This document shows, piece by piece, positions 1 to 9,088 of a stretch of 32,000 nucleotides of DNA. The position numbers were made by a program, and so were the translations under genes. The notes beneath the pieces were generated by a model. That model saw nothing but the letters and a program-made list of their open reading frames with translations, did not search any database and had not been told where the DNA came from. The stretch's first letter is position 1. Every line of letters begins with the position of its first letter. The DNA comes from Vibrio alginolyticus NBRC 15630 = ATCC 17749 (GTDB lineage Bacteria > Pseudomonadota > Gammaproteobacteria > Enterobacterales > Vibrionaceae), in contig NC_022349.1 in NCBI RefSeq assembly GCF_000354175.2, positions 60,001 to 92,000 of the forward strand, read 5' to 3'.

Positions 1-153
1 GCATTAGAGCAGATTGAGTGTCTTGAGCAACTGCGAGTGCTTTGGTACGGTGAAAAAATTCATGTGGCGGTAGCGAAAGAAGCACCAGCGGCAGGGGTTG
101 ATACGCCCGAAGACCTAGAAGCCGTGCGCGCGATTGTTGAGAAGCAAGCGTAA
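1..153 (+). CDS. kdsB: 3-deoxy-manno-octulosonate cytidylyltransferase (CMP-KDO synthetase), C-terminal fragment; the 5' end lies outside the window
   Basis: Frame 1 from base 1 reads [50 protein letters not shown], with TAA at 151-153. [15 protein letters not shown]...GVDTPEDLE is the KdsB C-terminus as I remember it. It is absent from the ORF track because it is truncated. Confidence 0.8.
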   Translation, partial: ALEQIECLEQLRVLWYGEKIHVAVAKEAPAAGVDTPEDLEAVRAIVEKQA

Positions 154-182
154 CAAATGCTCATATAGATTTAAGAATAAAC

Positions 183-213
183 AAGGCTCCTGAATTAGGA
201 GCCTTTTTGTTTT
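183..213. terminator. Bidirectional Rho-independent terminator between convergent kdsB and ycgB
   Basis: The stem AAGGCTCCT (183-191) pairs with AGGAGCCTT (197-205) around a 5-nt loop. It has an A-rich run upstream and TTTTGTTTT downstream. Confidence 0.8.
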
Positions 214-232
214 ACTTGTATCGCGGTATTAG

Positions 233-1792
233 TTAAATGTTAGTGTCGTATTGGTTCCGTTTAGGGCAGGTCGCTAACACCTCTCGGTGACCGGTGTCTT
301 TCACTTCTTGGAGAATGACATCAAAGCCCCATAATCGATACACGTGCTTTAGAACTTCTTCGTAACTATCATCAAGTGGGATGCGGTTGTGAGGAACGTA
401 CTGCAACGTAAGCGAGCGATCACCACGGACATCGACATTAAACACCTGAATGTTTGGCTCAAGATTAGATAAGTTATACTGAGCGGCTAGGGTTTCTCTA
501 ATGCGTTTATAACCCATCTCATCGTGTATCGCAGCGACTTCAATAAAGTTCTTATGATCATCATCGTTGATCGCAAACAACTTGAAATCACGCATTAATT
601 TCGGAGAAAGGTATTGGCTAATAAAGCTTTCATCTTTGAAATTATGCATCGCGAAATGCACTGCATCTAACCAGTCGGTTCCTGCCAAGTCTGGAAACCA
701 CTCCTTGTCCTCATCAGTTGGTTCTTCACAGATACGCTTAATATCTCGGAACATGGCAAAGCCTAACGCGTAGGGGTTAATGCCATTAAAGTAAGGACTG
801 TTATAAGGCGGCTGAGCCACGACACTGGTGTGGCTATGTAAGAACTCTAGAATGAACTTTTCAGACACCAAGCCCTCATCATAAAGATGGTTGAGTATGG
901 TGTAGTGCCAGAACGTTGCCCAGCCCTCATTCATGACTTGCGTTTGTTTTTGCGGATAAAAATACTGACTGATCTTACGGACGATCCGAACAACTTCACG
1001 TTGCCATGGCTCTAACAACGGAGCATGTTTTTCGAAGAAGTAGAGCAAATTTTCCTGAGGCTCGCTTGGGAATCGCTCTTTAATGTCTTCCTCTTTCGTC
1101 TTGGCTGTTGGTACCGTGCGCCAAAGCTCATTAACTTGAGATTGTAGGTATGCTTCGCGTTCTTCTTGTCTTGCTTTTTCCTCTGTAATTGAGATTTTCT
1201 CTGGACGCTTGTAGCGGTCTACACCAAAGTTCATTAACGCGTGACAAGAGTCGAGCAGCTTTTCCACTTCTTTTACGCCATATCGTTCTTCACATTCGGC
1301 TAAGTACTTTTTGGCGAACAGCAGATAGTCGATAATAGAACTGGCGTCAGTCCACGTTTGGAATAGGTAATTACCTTTGAAAAAAGAGTTATGGCCGTAA
1401 CACGCGTGCGCTATAACGAGTGCTTGCATTGTTACCGTATTTTCTTCCATCAAATAAGCAATACAAGGGTCGGAGTTAATGACAATCTCGTAGGCTAGCC
1501 CCATTTGACCATGTTTATAGTTCTGCTCTGTTTGGATGAATTTTTTACCAAATGACCAGTGATTGTAATTGATTGGCATGCCGATACTTGAGTAGGCATC
1601 CATCATCTGTTCTGAAGTAATCACTTCTATTTGGTTAGGGTAAGTGTCTAGGCGATAATGCTCCGCGACACGCTTAATTTCTTTGTGGTATCGCTCTAAC
1701 AGCTCAAATGTCCAATCTGGTCCATCTGGCAACACTTTACTGTTACGCTTCTTAGGCGCCTCTCCTGAGAGGTTTCTCGTTGCGGTATTCAT
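233..1792 (-). CDS. ycgB: SpoVR/YcgB family protein
   Basis: This 519-aa ORF is recognisable as the enteric YcgB / Bacillus SpoVR family. An AAGGAGG Shine-Dalgarno sits in the 11-nt gap after the yeaH stop. It is the third gene of the conserved yeaG-yeaH-ycgB cluster. Confidence 0.85.
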   Translation of the reverse strand: MNTATRNLSGEAPKKRNSKVLPDGPDWTFELLERYHKEIKRVAEHYRLDTYPNQIEVITSEQMMDAYSSIGMPINYNHWSFGKKFIQTEQNYKHGQMGLAYEIVINSDPCIAYLMEENTVTMQALVIAHACYGHNSFFKGNYLFQTWTDASSIIDYLLFAKKYLAECEERYGVKEVEKLLDSCHALMNFGVDRYKRPEKISITEEKARQEEREAYLQSQVNELWRTVPTAKTKEEDIKERFPSEPQENLLYFFEKHAPLLEPWQREVVRIVRKISQYFYPQKQTQVMNEGWATFWHYTILNHLYDEGLVSEKFILEFLHSHTSVVAQPPYNSPYFNGINPYALGFAMFRDIKRICEEPTDEDKEWFPDLAGTDWLDAVHFAMHNFKDESFISQYLSPKLMRDFKLFAINDDDHKNFIEVAAIHDEMGYKRIRETLAAQYNLSNLEPNIQVFNVDVRGDRSLTLQYVPHNRIPLDDSYEEVLKHVYRLWGFDVILQEVKDTGHREVLATCPKRNQYDTNI

Positions 1793-1803
1793 CGCTAGCC
1801 TCC

Positions 1804-3075
1804 TTACGCCGTTTCTTTTTGGAATAGTTCACGAAAGACTGGGAAAATATCCTCCACAGAGCGAATGTTTTTCATTGCGAAATTAGGAAACTCTTCAGTG
1901 AGTTTTTCGTACTCATGCCATAGAGTTTGGTGCGAGCGCCGTGTGATCTCTATGTAAGAGTAGTACTGACAGTTTGGAAGTAATTTGTTCACTAATAGAT
2001 CCCGGCACCTTGGCGAATCATCTGCCCAGTTGTCACCGTCGGATGCTTGAGCTGCATATATGTTCCACTGACCAATCGGGTATCGCTCTTTTACTATTTC
2101 ATCCATTAACTTGAGTGCGCTAGATACAATGGTGCCCCCGGTTTCTTGTGAGTAGAAAAATTCGTGCTCGTCCACTTCCTTCGCTTGGGTATGGTGGCGG
2201 ATAAAGACGACTTCGACATTCTCGTAGGTACGAGTTAAGAACAAGTACAAAAGAACATAGAAGCGTTTTGCGATGTCTTTCGTTGCCTGATCCATCGAAC
2301 CGGATACGTCCATTAGACAGAACATGACCGCTTGGCTCGATGGTACCGGGCGTTTCTCATAGTTCTTGAAGCGTAAGTCGAAGGTATCGATGAACGGCAC
2401 GCTTTCGATTTTCTTGCGCAGTTCTTCAATTTCAGCCTTCAAGCGGTTCTCTTCAAACTGCTGAGCAGGTTCAATATTTTTGATGCGAGCAAGTTCGTCT
2501 TCTAACTCTTTAAGAAGTCGTTTTTTACCGGCAGTCATTGCAGTACGGCGCGCAAGAGATTGTTGCAGAGAACGTACTACGGCGATATTGGAAGGGATAC
2601 CGGCAGTTTGAAAGCCTGCACGGTGTGTTTTCCATTCAGTGATTTTGGCAATTTGGTTTTTTTCTAGATTAGGCAGCTCGAGATCTTCGAACAAAATATC
2701 GAGGTACTCATCTTTTGATATTTGGAATACAAATTCGTCTTGGCCTTCTCCATCTGGACTGGCGTTCCCTTCTCCTGAGCCGCTACCCTGACCGCCACCT
2801 TTGGGACGCTCAATTTTATCACCAGTAATAAATTGATCGTTACCGGGATGAACTCGTTCGCGAACACCACCTTTGCCTTGATGAAATATAGGCTCATTGA
2901 TGTCTTTGTGAGGGATAGAGACGTCTTCGCCCGTTTCCGTATTCGTAATCGAGCGTCGATTCACTGCGTCTGCTACCGACTCTTTTATTTGCTCTTTGTG
3001 GCGCTTCAAGAAGCGCTGTCGATTAACAGCGCTCTTGTTCTTGCCATTGAGCCTTCGGTCTATAAATTGCGCCAT
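1804..3075 (-). CDS. yeaH: YeaH/DUF444 family protein with a vWA-type MIDAS-like motif
   Basis: [22 protein letters not shown] is the typical YeaH-family N-terminus, and a DVSGSM (DxSxS) motif is present. I place the start at ATG 3073-3075 (GAAGAGGG upstream), not at the track start of 3099. Confidence 0.85.
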   Translation of the reverse strand: MAQFIDRRLNGKNKSAVNRQRFLKRHKEQIKESVADAVNRRSITNTETGEDVSIPHKDINEPIFHQGKGGVRERVHPGNDQFITGDKIERPKGGGQGSGSGEGNASPDGEGQDEFVFQISKDEYLDILFEDLELPNLEKNQIAKITEWKTHRAGFQTAGIPSNIAVVRSLQQSLARRTAMTAGKKRLLKELEDELARIKNIEPAQQFEENRLKAEIEELRKKIESVPFIDTFDLRFKNYEKRPVPSSQAVMFCLMDVSGSMDQATKDIAKRFYVLLYLFLTRTYENVEVVFIRHHTQAKEVDEHEFFYSQETGGTIVSSALKLMDEIVKERYPIGQWNIYAAQASDGDNWADDSPRCRDLLVNKLLPNCQYYSYIEITRRSHQTLWHEYEKLTEEFPNFAMKNIRSVEDIFPVFRELFQKETA

Positions 3076-3122
3076 GAAATAGCCCTCTTCATGTTTCACA
3101 AGCGACCTAACTCAATACTGGG

Positions 3123-5057
3123 TTAGGATGACTTACGTACTCGTAGGTACCACTCAGAAAGTAGGCGAACCTGTTTCTCGGTATAGCCTTTTTCCATCAT
3201 GCGAGCGACAAAGTCGTCGTGCTTCTTCTGATCTTCAGAAGAGGTTTTCGCATTAAATGAGATAACCGGAAGTAGCTCTTCGGTATTGGAGAACATTTTC
3301 TTCTCGATTACTGTGCGCAGTTTTTCGTAGCTGGTCCAAACCGGGTTTTGACCATTGTTATTCGCTTTCGCACGAAGCACAAAGTTAACGATTTCGTTTC
3401 GGAAATCTTTCGGGTTAGAAATACCAGCTGTTTTTTCGATCTTCTCTAGCTCAGCATTCAGTGAAGAGCGATCAAATAGCTGACCGGTTTCTGGATCTCG
3501 GTACTCTTGGTCTTGAATCCAGAAGTCTGCATAGGTGACATATCGGTCGAAGATGTTTTGGCCGTATTCAGAGTAAGACTCAAGATAAGCGGTCTGAATC
3601 TCTTTACCGATAAATTCAACGTATCGAGGTACTAGGTAGCCTTTCAAGAACTCGAGATATTTCTCGGCTGTTTCAGCAGGGAACTGTTCGCGCTCAACCT
3701 GTTGTTCAATCACATAGAATAGATGTACAGGGTTGGCTGCCACTTCGGTTTGGTCGAAGTTAAATACGCGTGACAAAATCTTAAAGGCAAAACGTGTTGA
3801 GAGACCGTTCATGCCTTCATCGACACCAGCATAATCACGATACTCTTGATAGCTTTTTGCCTTTGGATCCGTATCTTTCAGCGTTTCACCGTCGTATACG
3901 CGCATCTTAGAGAAGATGGACGAGTTTTCAGGCTCTTTAAGTCGAGAAAGAATACTGAATTGTGCCAGAGTCTCGAGCGTGCTTGGTGAACAAGGGGCTT
4001 GAGACAACTCACTGTTTTCAAGAAGTTTTTGGTAGATTTTGACTTCTTCTGAAACACGTAGACAGTAAGGTACTTTCACAATATAAACACGGTCCAAGAA
4101 CGCTTCATTGTTCTTGTTGTTACGGAAGGTCTGCCACTCAGATTCGTTTGAGTGAGCCAGAATCATACCGTCGAATGGAATCGCAGAAAGGCCTTCTGTA
4201 CCGTTGAAGTTGCCTTCTTGCGTTGCTGTTAACAGCGGGTGAAGCACTTTGATTGGTGCTTTGAACATCTCAACGAATTCCATTAAACCTTGGTTTGCTT
4301 TACACAGCGCACCGGAGTAGCTGTAAGCGTCTGGATCGTCTTGCGAATAGTGTTCAAGCTTACGAATATCGACTTTACCAACCAATGATGAGATATCTTG
4401 GTTGTTTTCATCGCCTGGTTCAGTTTTGGCAATACCGATTTGGTCAAGGATAGAAGGGCGTACTTTCACTACTTTAAATTTGGTGATATCACCACCAAAC
4501 TCGTGAAGACGTTTAGCGGCCCAAGGAGACATGATCGAGCGAAGATAACGGTGCTCGATGCCATATTCTTTTTTCAAAATATCGCCATCTTCTGTGGCTT
4601 TGAATAGGCAGAACGGATGGTCATTCACTGGGCTGCGTTCGCCGTTAGCAGTAAGAACATAAATAGGCATCTGTTCCATCAGAGCCTTAAGCTTTTCTGC
4701 AAGCGAAGACTTACCGCCACCTACAGGGCCGAGTAAGTAAAGAATCTGCTTACGCTCTTCTAGGCCTTGCGCCGCATGTTTTAGGTAAGACACAATTTGT
4801 TCTATGGCATCTTCCATGCCATAAAAGTCTTTAAAGGTTTCATAACGAGAGATAACACGATTCGAGAAGATTCGGCTTAGTCTCGGATCCTTTGCCGTAT
4901 CGATTATCTCTGGTTCACCAATCGCCATCAGTAGGCGTTCTGCTGCATTAGCATAAGCGCTTTTGTCATCTTTACACAGGGCTAAAAACTCCTGTAACGA
5001 CATCTCTTCATCTTTTGCAGCTTCATATCTTGATTGATAGTGGTCGAAAATACTCAT
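3123..5057 (-). CDS. yeaG: PrkA/YeaG family protein (annotated serine protein kinase; AAA+-like ATPase N-domain)
   Basis: The N-terminus MSIFDHYQSRYEAAKDEE matches the YeaG family, and a Walker A motif GPVGGGKSS is present. The track ORF runs 46 codons further upstream to 5195, but ATG 5055-5057 has an AGGGGA SD and gives the family-typical 644 aa. Confidence 0.9.
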   Translation of the reverse strand: MSIFDHYQSRYEAAKDEEMSLQEFLALCKDDKSAYANAAERLLMAIGEPEIIDTAKDPRLSRIFSNRVISRYETFKDFYGMEDAIEQIVSYLKHAAQGLEERKQILYLLGPVGGGKSSLAEKLKALMEQMPIYVLTANGERSPVNDHPFCLFKATEDGDILKKEYGIEHRYLRSIMSPWAAKRLHEFGGDITKFKVVKVRPSILDQIGIAKTEPGDENNQDISSLVGKVDIRKLEHYSQDDPDAYSYSGALCKANQGLMEFVEMFKAPIKVLHPLLTATQEGNFNGTEGLSAIPFDGMILAHSNESEWQTFRNNKNNEAFLDRVYIVKVPYCLRVSEEVKIYQKLLENSELSQAPCSPSTLETLAQFSILSRLKEPENSSIFSKMRVYDGETLKDTDPKAKSYQEYRDYAGVDEGMNGLSTRFAFKILSRVFNFDQTEVAANPVHLFYVIEQQVEREQFPAETAEKYLEFLKGYLVPRYVEFIGKEIQTAYLESYSEYGQNIFDRYVTYADFWIQDQEYRDPETGQLFDRSSLNAELEKIEKTAGISNPKDFRNEIVNFVLRAKANNNGQNPVWTSYEKLRTVIEKKMFSNTEELLPVISFNAKTSSEDQKKHDDFVARMMEKGYTEKQVRLLSEWYLRVRKSS

Positions 5058-5511
5058 GTCGCTTTCCCCTTTAATAGTCAGTCTACCGACGAACGTTGAT
5101 TCAGGCTTTCCACCAACAGTTATGCTCGTTGTTGTTTGAATATACGTCCTGTTATCACATTTGGTTCGTACAGAATGTAAGATTGGCGACACCAAAGACT
5201 TTGCTTTATGGACGGTTTTTCGTTACAACGGTGAGCGGTGGATATGAATTTTTCAATCACAGCCTTTCTCTACTTAAGCCTAGTCGGGGATTTGCAATTT
5301 TGCTTAACAATTATGAATTTATTGTAAAAGTGACATTTGAATCACTCTTTTATTAAGGACGAATTTATGTCGTGAATAGGTGCAATAGAAATCAAATATT
5401 TGGCAAAGACAGAAGAGTCTCAGTGATTCGTTGTTCTACATTGAGCAAGGCAAGTGAAAGAGGTAGGAAGAGAGCAAAGTCTTAGATAAGTTTGTGACAG
5501 GGTAAATAACA

Positions 5512-5531
5512 AGGAGAGCGGGCGCTCTCCT
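5512..5531 (-). terminator. Rho-independent terminator downstream of yfbU
   Basis: AGGAGAGC (5512-5519) pairs with GCTCTCCT (5524-5531) around a GGGC loop. On the minus strand it is followed by TTGTTATTT. Confidence 0.65.
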
Positions 5532-5549
5532 CATTCTTAGATGACCATT

Positions 5550-6050
5550 TTATGCGCTGAAGATTTGCGCTAGTTCGTTTTCACATAAATGATACTGACG
5601 AGGGCAGTTACGCCAAGTTTGCAGCATACGGCGGTATTTATCTAGCATCGGCATTTGGCTGTTAAAGTGATGATCTGCCTTGTCAAACTGAGGGTACAAA
5701 CCTTCAGAATCGATGAGAAAACGTACGTAATGTACTTGTTGCGCTTCTGAAGCGATATCAAATCCCAAGAACTTCAAGCGGCGCTGATCTACGTTGCTGC
5801 GGTCTTCATCTTCTAGCATGTTGTAAGATTCTTGCATCGCATGATACATCTCCATAACGTCGATGATCTCACGACATTCTGCTTCTGAGAGGCAGCCGAA
5901 ATCTTTGTTCAACTCTCGCATTTGTAGTTCATAACCACGTTCAACTATCGTTTGTAAGCGTTTGTATTTGGCCGCATTACTTGGATCAAGTTGAGACATA
6001 AGGTTGTATTGGTTTGATAGAATCAAACGTTGAGCGTTTGACATTTCCAT
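5550..6050 (-). CDS. yfbU: YfbU family protein (UPF0304)
   Basis: This 166-aa ORF begins [23 protein letters not shown] and ends [15 protein letters not shown]. It aligns along its whole length with E. coli YfbU as I remember it. Confidence 0.85.
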   Translation of the reverse strand: MEMSNAQRLILSNQYNLMSQLDPSNAAKYKRLQTIVERGYELQMRELNKDFGCLSEAECREIIDVMEMYHAMQESYNMLEDEDRSNVDQRRLKFLGFDIASEAQQVHYVRFLIDSEGLYPQFDKADHHFNSQMPMLDKYRRMLQTWRNCPRQYHLCENELAQIFSA

Positions 6051-6186
6051 GGTGGCCTCACTAGATATCTAATACATTTTTAATGTGCTTAGGTTAACGC
6101 TTAAGACACGAGTGAAACATGATCTCAACACATATTTAATACTAAAAAATGGCAAGAACTGTCACTTTTGACCAGTTTGAAAACAC

Positions 6187-6852
6187 TTATTTATGGTAAT
6201 GATTGTATATGTAGTCTCGGTCTGAAAATACTCTCAGCCACTCTGGCTTGAATACGGTTAAAACCGCCAGTGCCATACCATTTAATAGACCTTCTGGAAA
6301 GGCGAGCAACGGCACAAAAACAAAGTAGTTATGTTGAATGGTTTCCCAATCGTAGTGACCAACTGATAGGTGATAAAAAGAGTTAATGATGAGGTGCAGA
6401 CTTCCTGTTATCGCGCCATTGAAAAATCCAGCAACGAAGATGAAAACAAAAATGTTTCGTGGCAAGTAGTGGTAACTCAGAAGAAACACTAAGTAACTAA
6501 TGAAAATCGGAATTAGGGCAGATAGAACTAACGACGTGGGTAAGAGTAGCAAGGACACATCATGTAGTAGGTGGTTGACCAACATAGCGGGAATGCTGAG
6601 TAGAAATGCCATGCGCCAACCATACATCATCGTCAGCGTTGTTAGTGCAAGAAAATGAATCTGTAATCCTTCTTTTACACCTGCTTGAGCTGTCCATAAA
6701 ATACTGAAAAAGAATAGCGTTGCAAAAACGAGGTGCTGAAATCCTTTTTCTTTTTCCAGTTTGGGCCAAACGACTTTTTTCCAATCTGGTAGGCAGTAGA
6801 CTACTACTATCCAAATTGAGACAACAAGAGAGCCTAAGTTAAACAGATCCAT
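6187..6852 (-). CDS. Hypothetical polytopic inner-membrane protein (about 6-7 predicted TM segments), family not recognised
   Basis: This 221-aa ORF is strongly hydrophobic throughout. A good SD (AGGAAGGAAG) precedes ATG 6852. I recall no motif that assigns a function. Confidence 0.6.
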   Translation of the reverse strand: MDLFNLGSLVVSIWIVVVYCLPDWKKVVWPKLEKEKGFQHLVFATLFFFSILWTAQAGVKEGLQIHFLALTTLTMMYGWRMAFLLSIPAMLVNHLLHDVSLLLLPTSLVLSALIPIFISYLVFLLSYHYLPRNIFVFIFVAGFFNGAITGSLHLIINSFYHLSVGHYDWETIQHNYFVFVPLLAFPEGLLNGMALAVLTVFKPEWLRVFSDRDYIYNHYHK

Positions 6853-6951
6853 GTTACTTCCTTCCTATGCGAACATGACGCAATCATTTCTATCGTTCTT
6901 TTATACCTAAATGACCGCAGAGAAACTCACTGATAAGGCTTAGATATAATC

Positions 6952-6981
6952 AAAAAAATACCAGCAATAAGCTGGTATTTT
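6952..6981 (-). terminator. Rho-independent terminator downstream of pflA
   Basis: ATACCAGC (6958-6965) pairs with GCTGGTAT (6971-6978). On the minus strand a run of seven T follows (plus-strand A-run 6952-6958). Confidence 0.75.
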
Positions 6982-7005
6982 AAAGAGGTTAGTCTTGCGG
7001 TTCAC

Positions 7006-7746
7006 TTAGTATTTTACGTTATCGTTGTATTGAGCAAGAATGGATTGAATTTCATCCATGGTTTCTTTCGGTGGCGGGTTTACGCCTTCGAGTGGGTATT
7101 CTAAGCCTAACGCTTCCCATTTATGAGCCCCTAATTTGTGGTAAGGAAGTAACTCGACCTTTTCGATGTTATCCATGTCTTTAATAAATTCACCAAGCAT
7201 GTGTGCTGCTTCTGGGTCATCTGTGTAACCAGGCACGACGACATAGCGAATCCATGTTTTCTTTCCGATTTTTTGTAAGTAACGAGCAAAGTCCAATGTG
7301 CGTCGGTTGGATACACCGATGAGATCTTGGTGCACTTCGTCTTTCATGTGTTTGATATCAAGCATGACTAAGTCTGTTGCATCCAGTACTTCATCGATAA
7401 CATCAGTGTGCTTACGAACATAACCGTTAGTATCTAGACATGTATGAATGCCCTCGGCTTTAGCTGCGCGGAAAAAATCACGTACGAATTCCGGTTGAAG
7501 CATCGCTTCGCCGCCAGAACAAGTAACGCCACCACCTGATGCATTCATGAAGTGGCGGTAACTTTTCGCTTCGGAAATGATTTCTTCAACCGTGACTTCT
7601 TTGCCATCATGCGTGTCCCAAGTATCGCGGTTATGGCAATACTTACAGCGCATTAAACAACCTTGCAAGAAGACGATAAATCGAATACCAGGTCCGTCTA
7701 CGGTACCACATGACTCAAATGAGTGAATACGACCAGCTGTTGACAT
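7006..7746 (-). CDS. pflA: Pyruvate formate-lyase activating enzyme (radical SAM)
   Basis: This 246-aa ORF begins with the N-terminus [37 protein letters not shown], which contains the CxxxCxxC radical-SAM cluster motif. It lies in the pflB neighbourhood. Confidence 0.95.
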   Translation of the reverse strand: MSTAGRIHSFESCGTVDGPGIRFIVFLQGCLMRCKYCHNRDTWDTHDGKEVTVEEIISEAKSYRHFMNASGGGVTCSGGEAMLQPEFVRDFFRAAKAEGIHTCLDTNGYVRKHTDVIDEVLDATDLVMLDIKHMKDEVHQDLIGVSNRRTLDFARYLQKIGKKTWIRYVVVPGYTDDPEAAHMLGEFIKDMDNIEKVELLPYHKLGAHKWEALGLEYPLEGVNPPPKETMDEIQSILAQYNDNVKY

Positions 7747-7957
7747 CTTTTGCTCTCATTACTAGTAAATTCTAGCTGTTATTTTATTACAAAAAGCAGG
7801 GTTAAAACAGCTTTGTCGGTACTAAAGGCAAGGTTATTTGAAGAAAGAAAATAGATGGAGCCAATCTACATAAACGCTTGAACACGAGGTGGTTAATACC
7901 TACCCCGAGAACTTGCCGTGTATCTAGATTGACTTCGATGCTGGGATAATCCAGTTT

Positions 7958-8935
7958 TTAGAAAAAGGCGAACACGGAGAACGAGCCTGTCCCATAAACA
8001 TCGGTTTGGGCTTCTTCATAATCCGGTGTTTTAATTGTAAAGGTGATGCTTGCACCGTAATTTTGGTTGTACCAAGATACTCCCGCGACGGCACTTGCTT
8101 GCCAATTTTGCAGTGTGACGTCGTATGGCGCTGACGGTTCAGGAATGCCAGGACGATCTCCTTCGATAGTCATGTCATTAAAGCGGTAACGACCTTCAAA
8201 CCCGGTGAACAAGAACCAACTCGACGTGTTCTGAGCGATCATACTTGCTGAGAAAGGGCTTTCGACACTGATATTGGCGGCTCCGATGCTATTCGCTAGG
8301 TTTGTACCCCAACGAAACATGACGCCTTGAGAGACATCACTACGGAAGTTACCCGCATTGATGTCGTTAATGTTGGTGATCTCCCATTGTGTTTTTTGTT
8401 CTTCGCTGCGCATCAATTTGTTAAATACGCGGTAACCAAGGCTGAACGCCACTTTATCTTCAATCTGGTAATCCCAACCTTGAGGGTCCGTCGATCCTGT
8501 TATGCCGTGAACGATTTCTTGCGCCTTTTCTGATAGCGAACTTTCACCCGTAGTTCCTATGGTGAAATTGTACCGTACAGCTTTGTCACTCGTTAGGGAA
8601 AGGTAGTTGATTTCGGTGTGTAGGTAACCGGCATATGGGCGATCATTGATTAGTGGATAATCGGCTTCAATGTCGCTTGGAGTCCACATCTTGTGGCCAA
8701 GAACCAACTCTATTTTATCGATATTGGCGTGCTCTGAGTTAGCTAGACTCAGCCATTTCCATTGGCTTTCTTGTGTCAGTTGGTCTGTCGCGTAAGAAAG
8801 GAAAACACCATTCGTATAGTCTTGATCGACGCCAAAAATACCATCGTTGTCGATGGTAAAAGAAACCGTAGACTTAGTGGATGCTATTGCAACTGGAGAA
8901 AGAAGGGTAAGAATAATTAATTTACTAAATCTCAT
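7958..8935 (-). CDS. Outer-membrane beta-barrel protein, LpxR (lipid A 3'-O-deacylase)/DUF2219-like
   Basis: This 325-aa ORF has a signal peptide MRFSKLIILTLLSPVAIA|S. The early IDNDGIFGVDQDYTNG block resembles the conserved ND...YTNG start of the LpxR family. A C-terminal ...FSVFAFF (terminal Phe) is typical of OM barrels. The family call is from memory. Confidence 0.55.
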   Translation of the reverse strand: MRFSKLIILTLLSPVAIASTKSTVSFTIDNDGIFGVDQDYTNGVFLSYATDQLTQESQWKWLSLANSEHANIDKIELVLGHKMWTPSDIEADYPLINDRPYAGYLHTEINYLSLTSDKAVRYNFTIGTTGESSLSEKAQEIVHGITGSTDPQGWDYQIEDKVAFSLGYRVFNKLMRSEEQKTQWEITNINDINAGNFRSDVSQGVMFRWGTNLANSIGAANISVESPFSASMIAQNTSSWFLFTGFEGRYRFNDMTIEGDRPGIPEPSAPYDVTLQNWQASAVAGVSWYNQNYGASITFTIKTPDYEEAQTDVYGTGSFSVFAFF

Positions 8936-9021
8936 AGACTTTATTTGCTAACTTTTTTCGCATCATACGTAAGAATGCGGGCAAAAGTCTTTCGCGATAT
9001 CACAACTTTCATTCAAGAAAT

Positions 9022-9052
9022 AAAAAAAGGCTGATGCTACTTAGCATCAGCC
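9022..9052 (-). terminator. Rho-independent terminator downstream of pflB
   Basis: GGCTGATGCTA (9029-9039) pairs with TAGCATCAGCC (9042-9052). On the minus strand it is followed by TTTTTTTA (plus-strand A-run 9022-9028). Confidence 0.85.
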
Positions 9053-9088
9053 TTTGTTGTATTACTAGAACGTTATTTCGCTATAGTC

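Noticed and set aside
5096-5356. An 86-aa plus-strand ORF in the yeaG upstream region.
   Set aside because: It overlaps the yeaG leader and spurious N-terminal extension, has no SD, and its sequence resembles nothing I recognise. I treat the region as non-coding.
5058-5549. A sigma-54 (TGGCAC-N5-TTGCA) promoter for yeaG, expected from NtrC control in E. coli.
   Set aside because: I found TTGCA-like strings (for example around 5291-5305) but no correctly spaced GG/GC pair on the coding (minus) strand.
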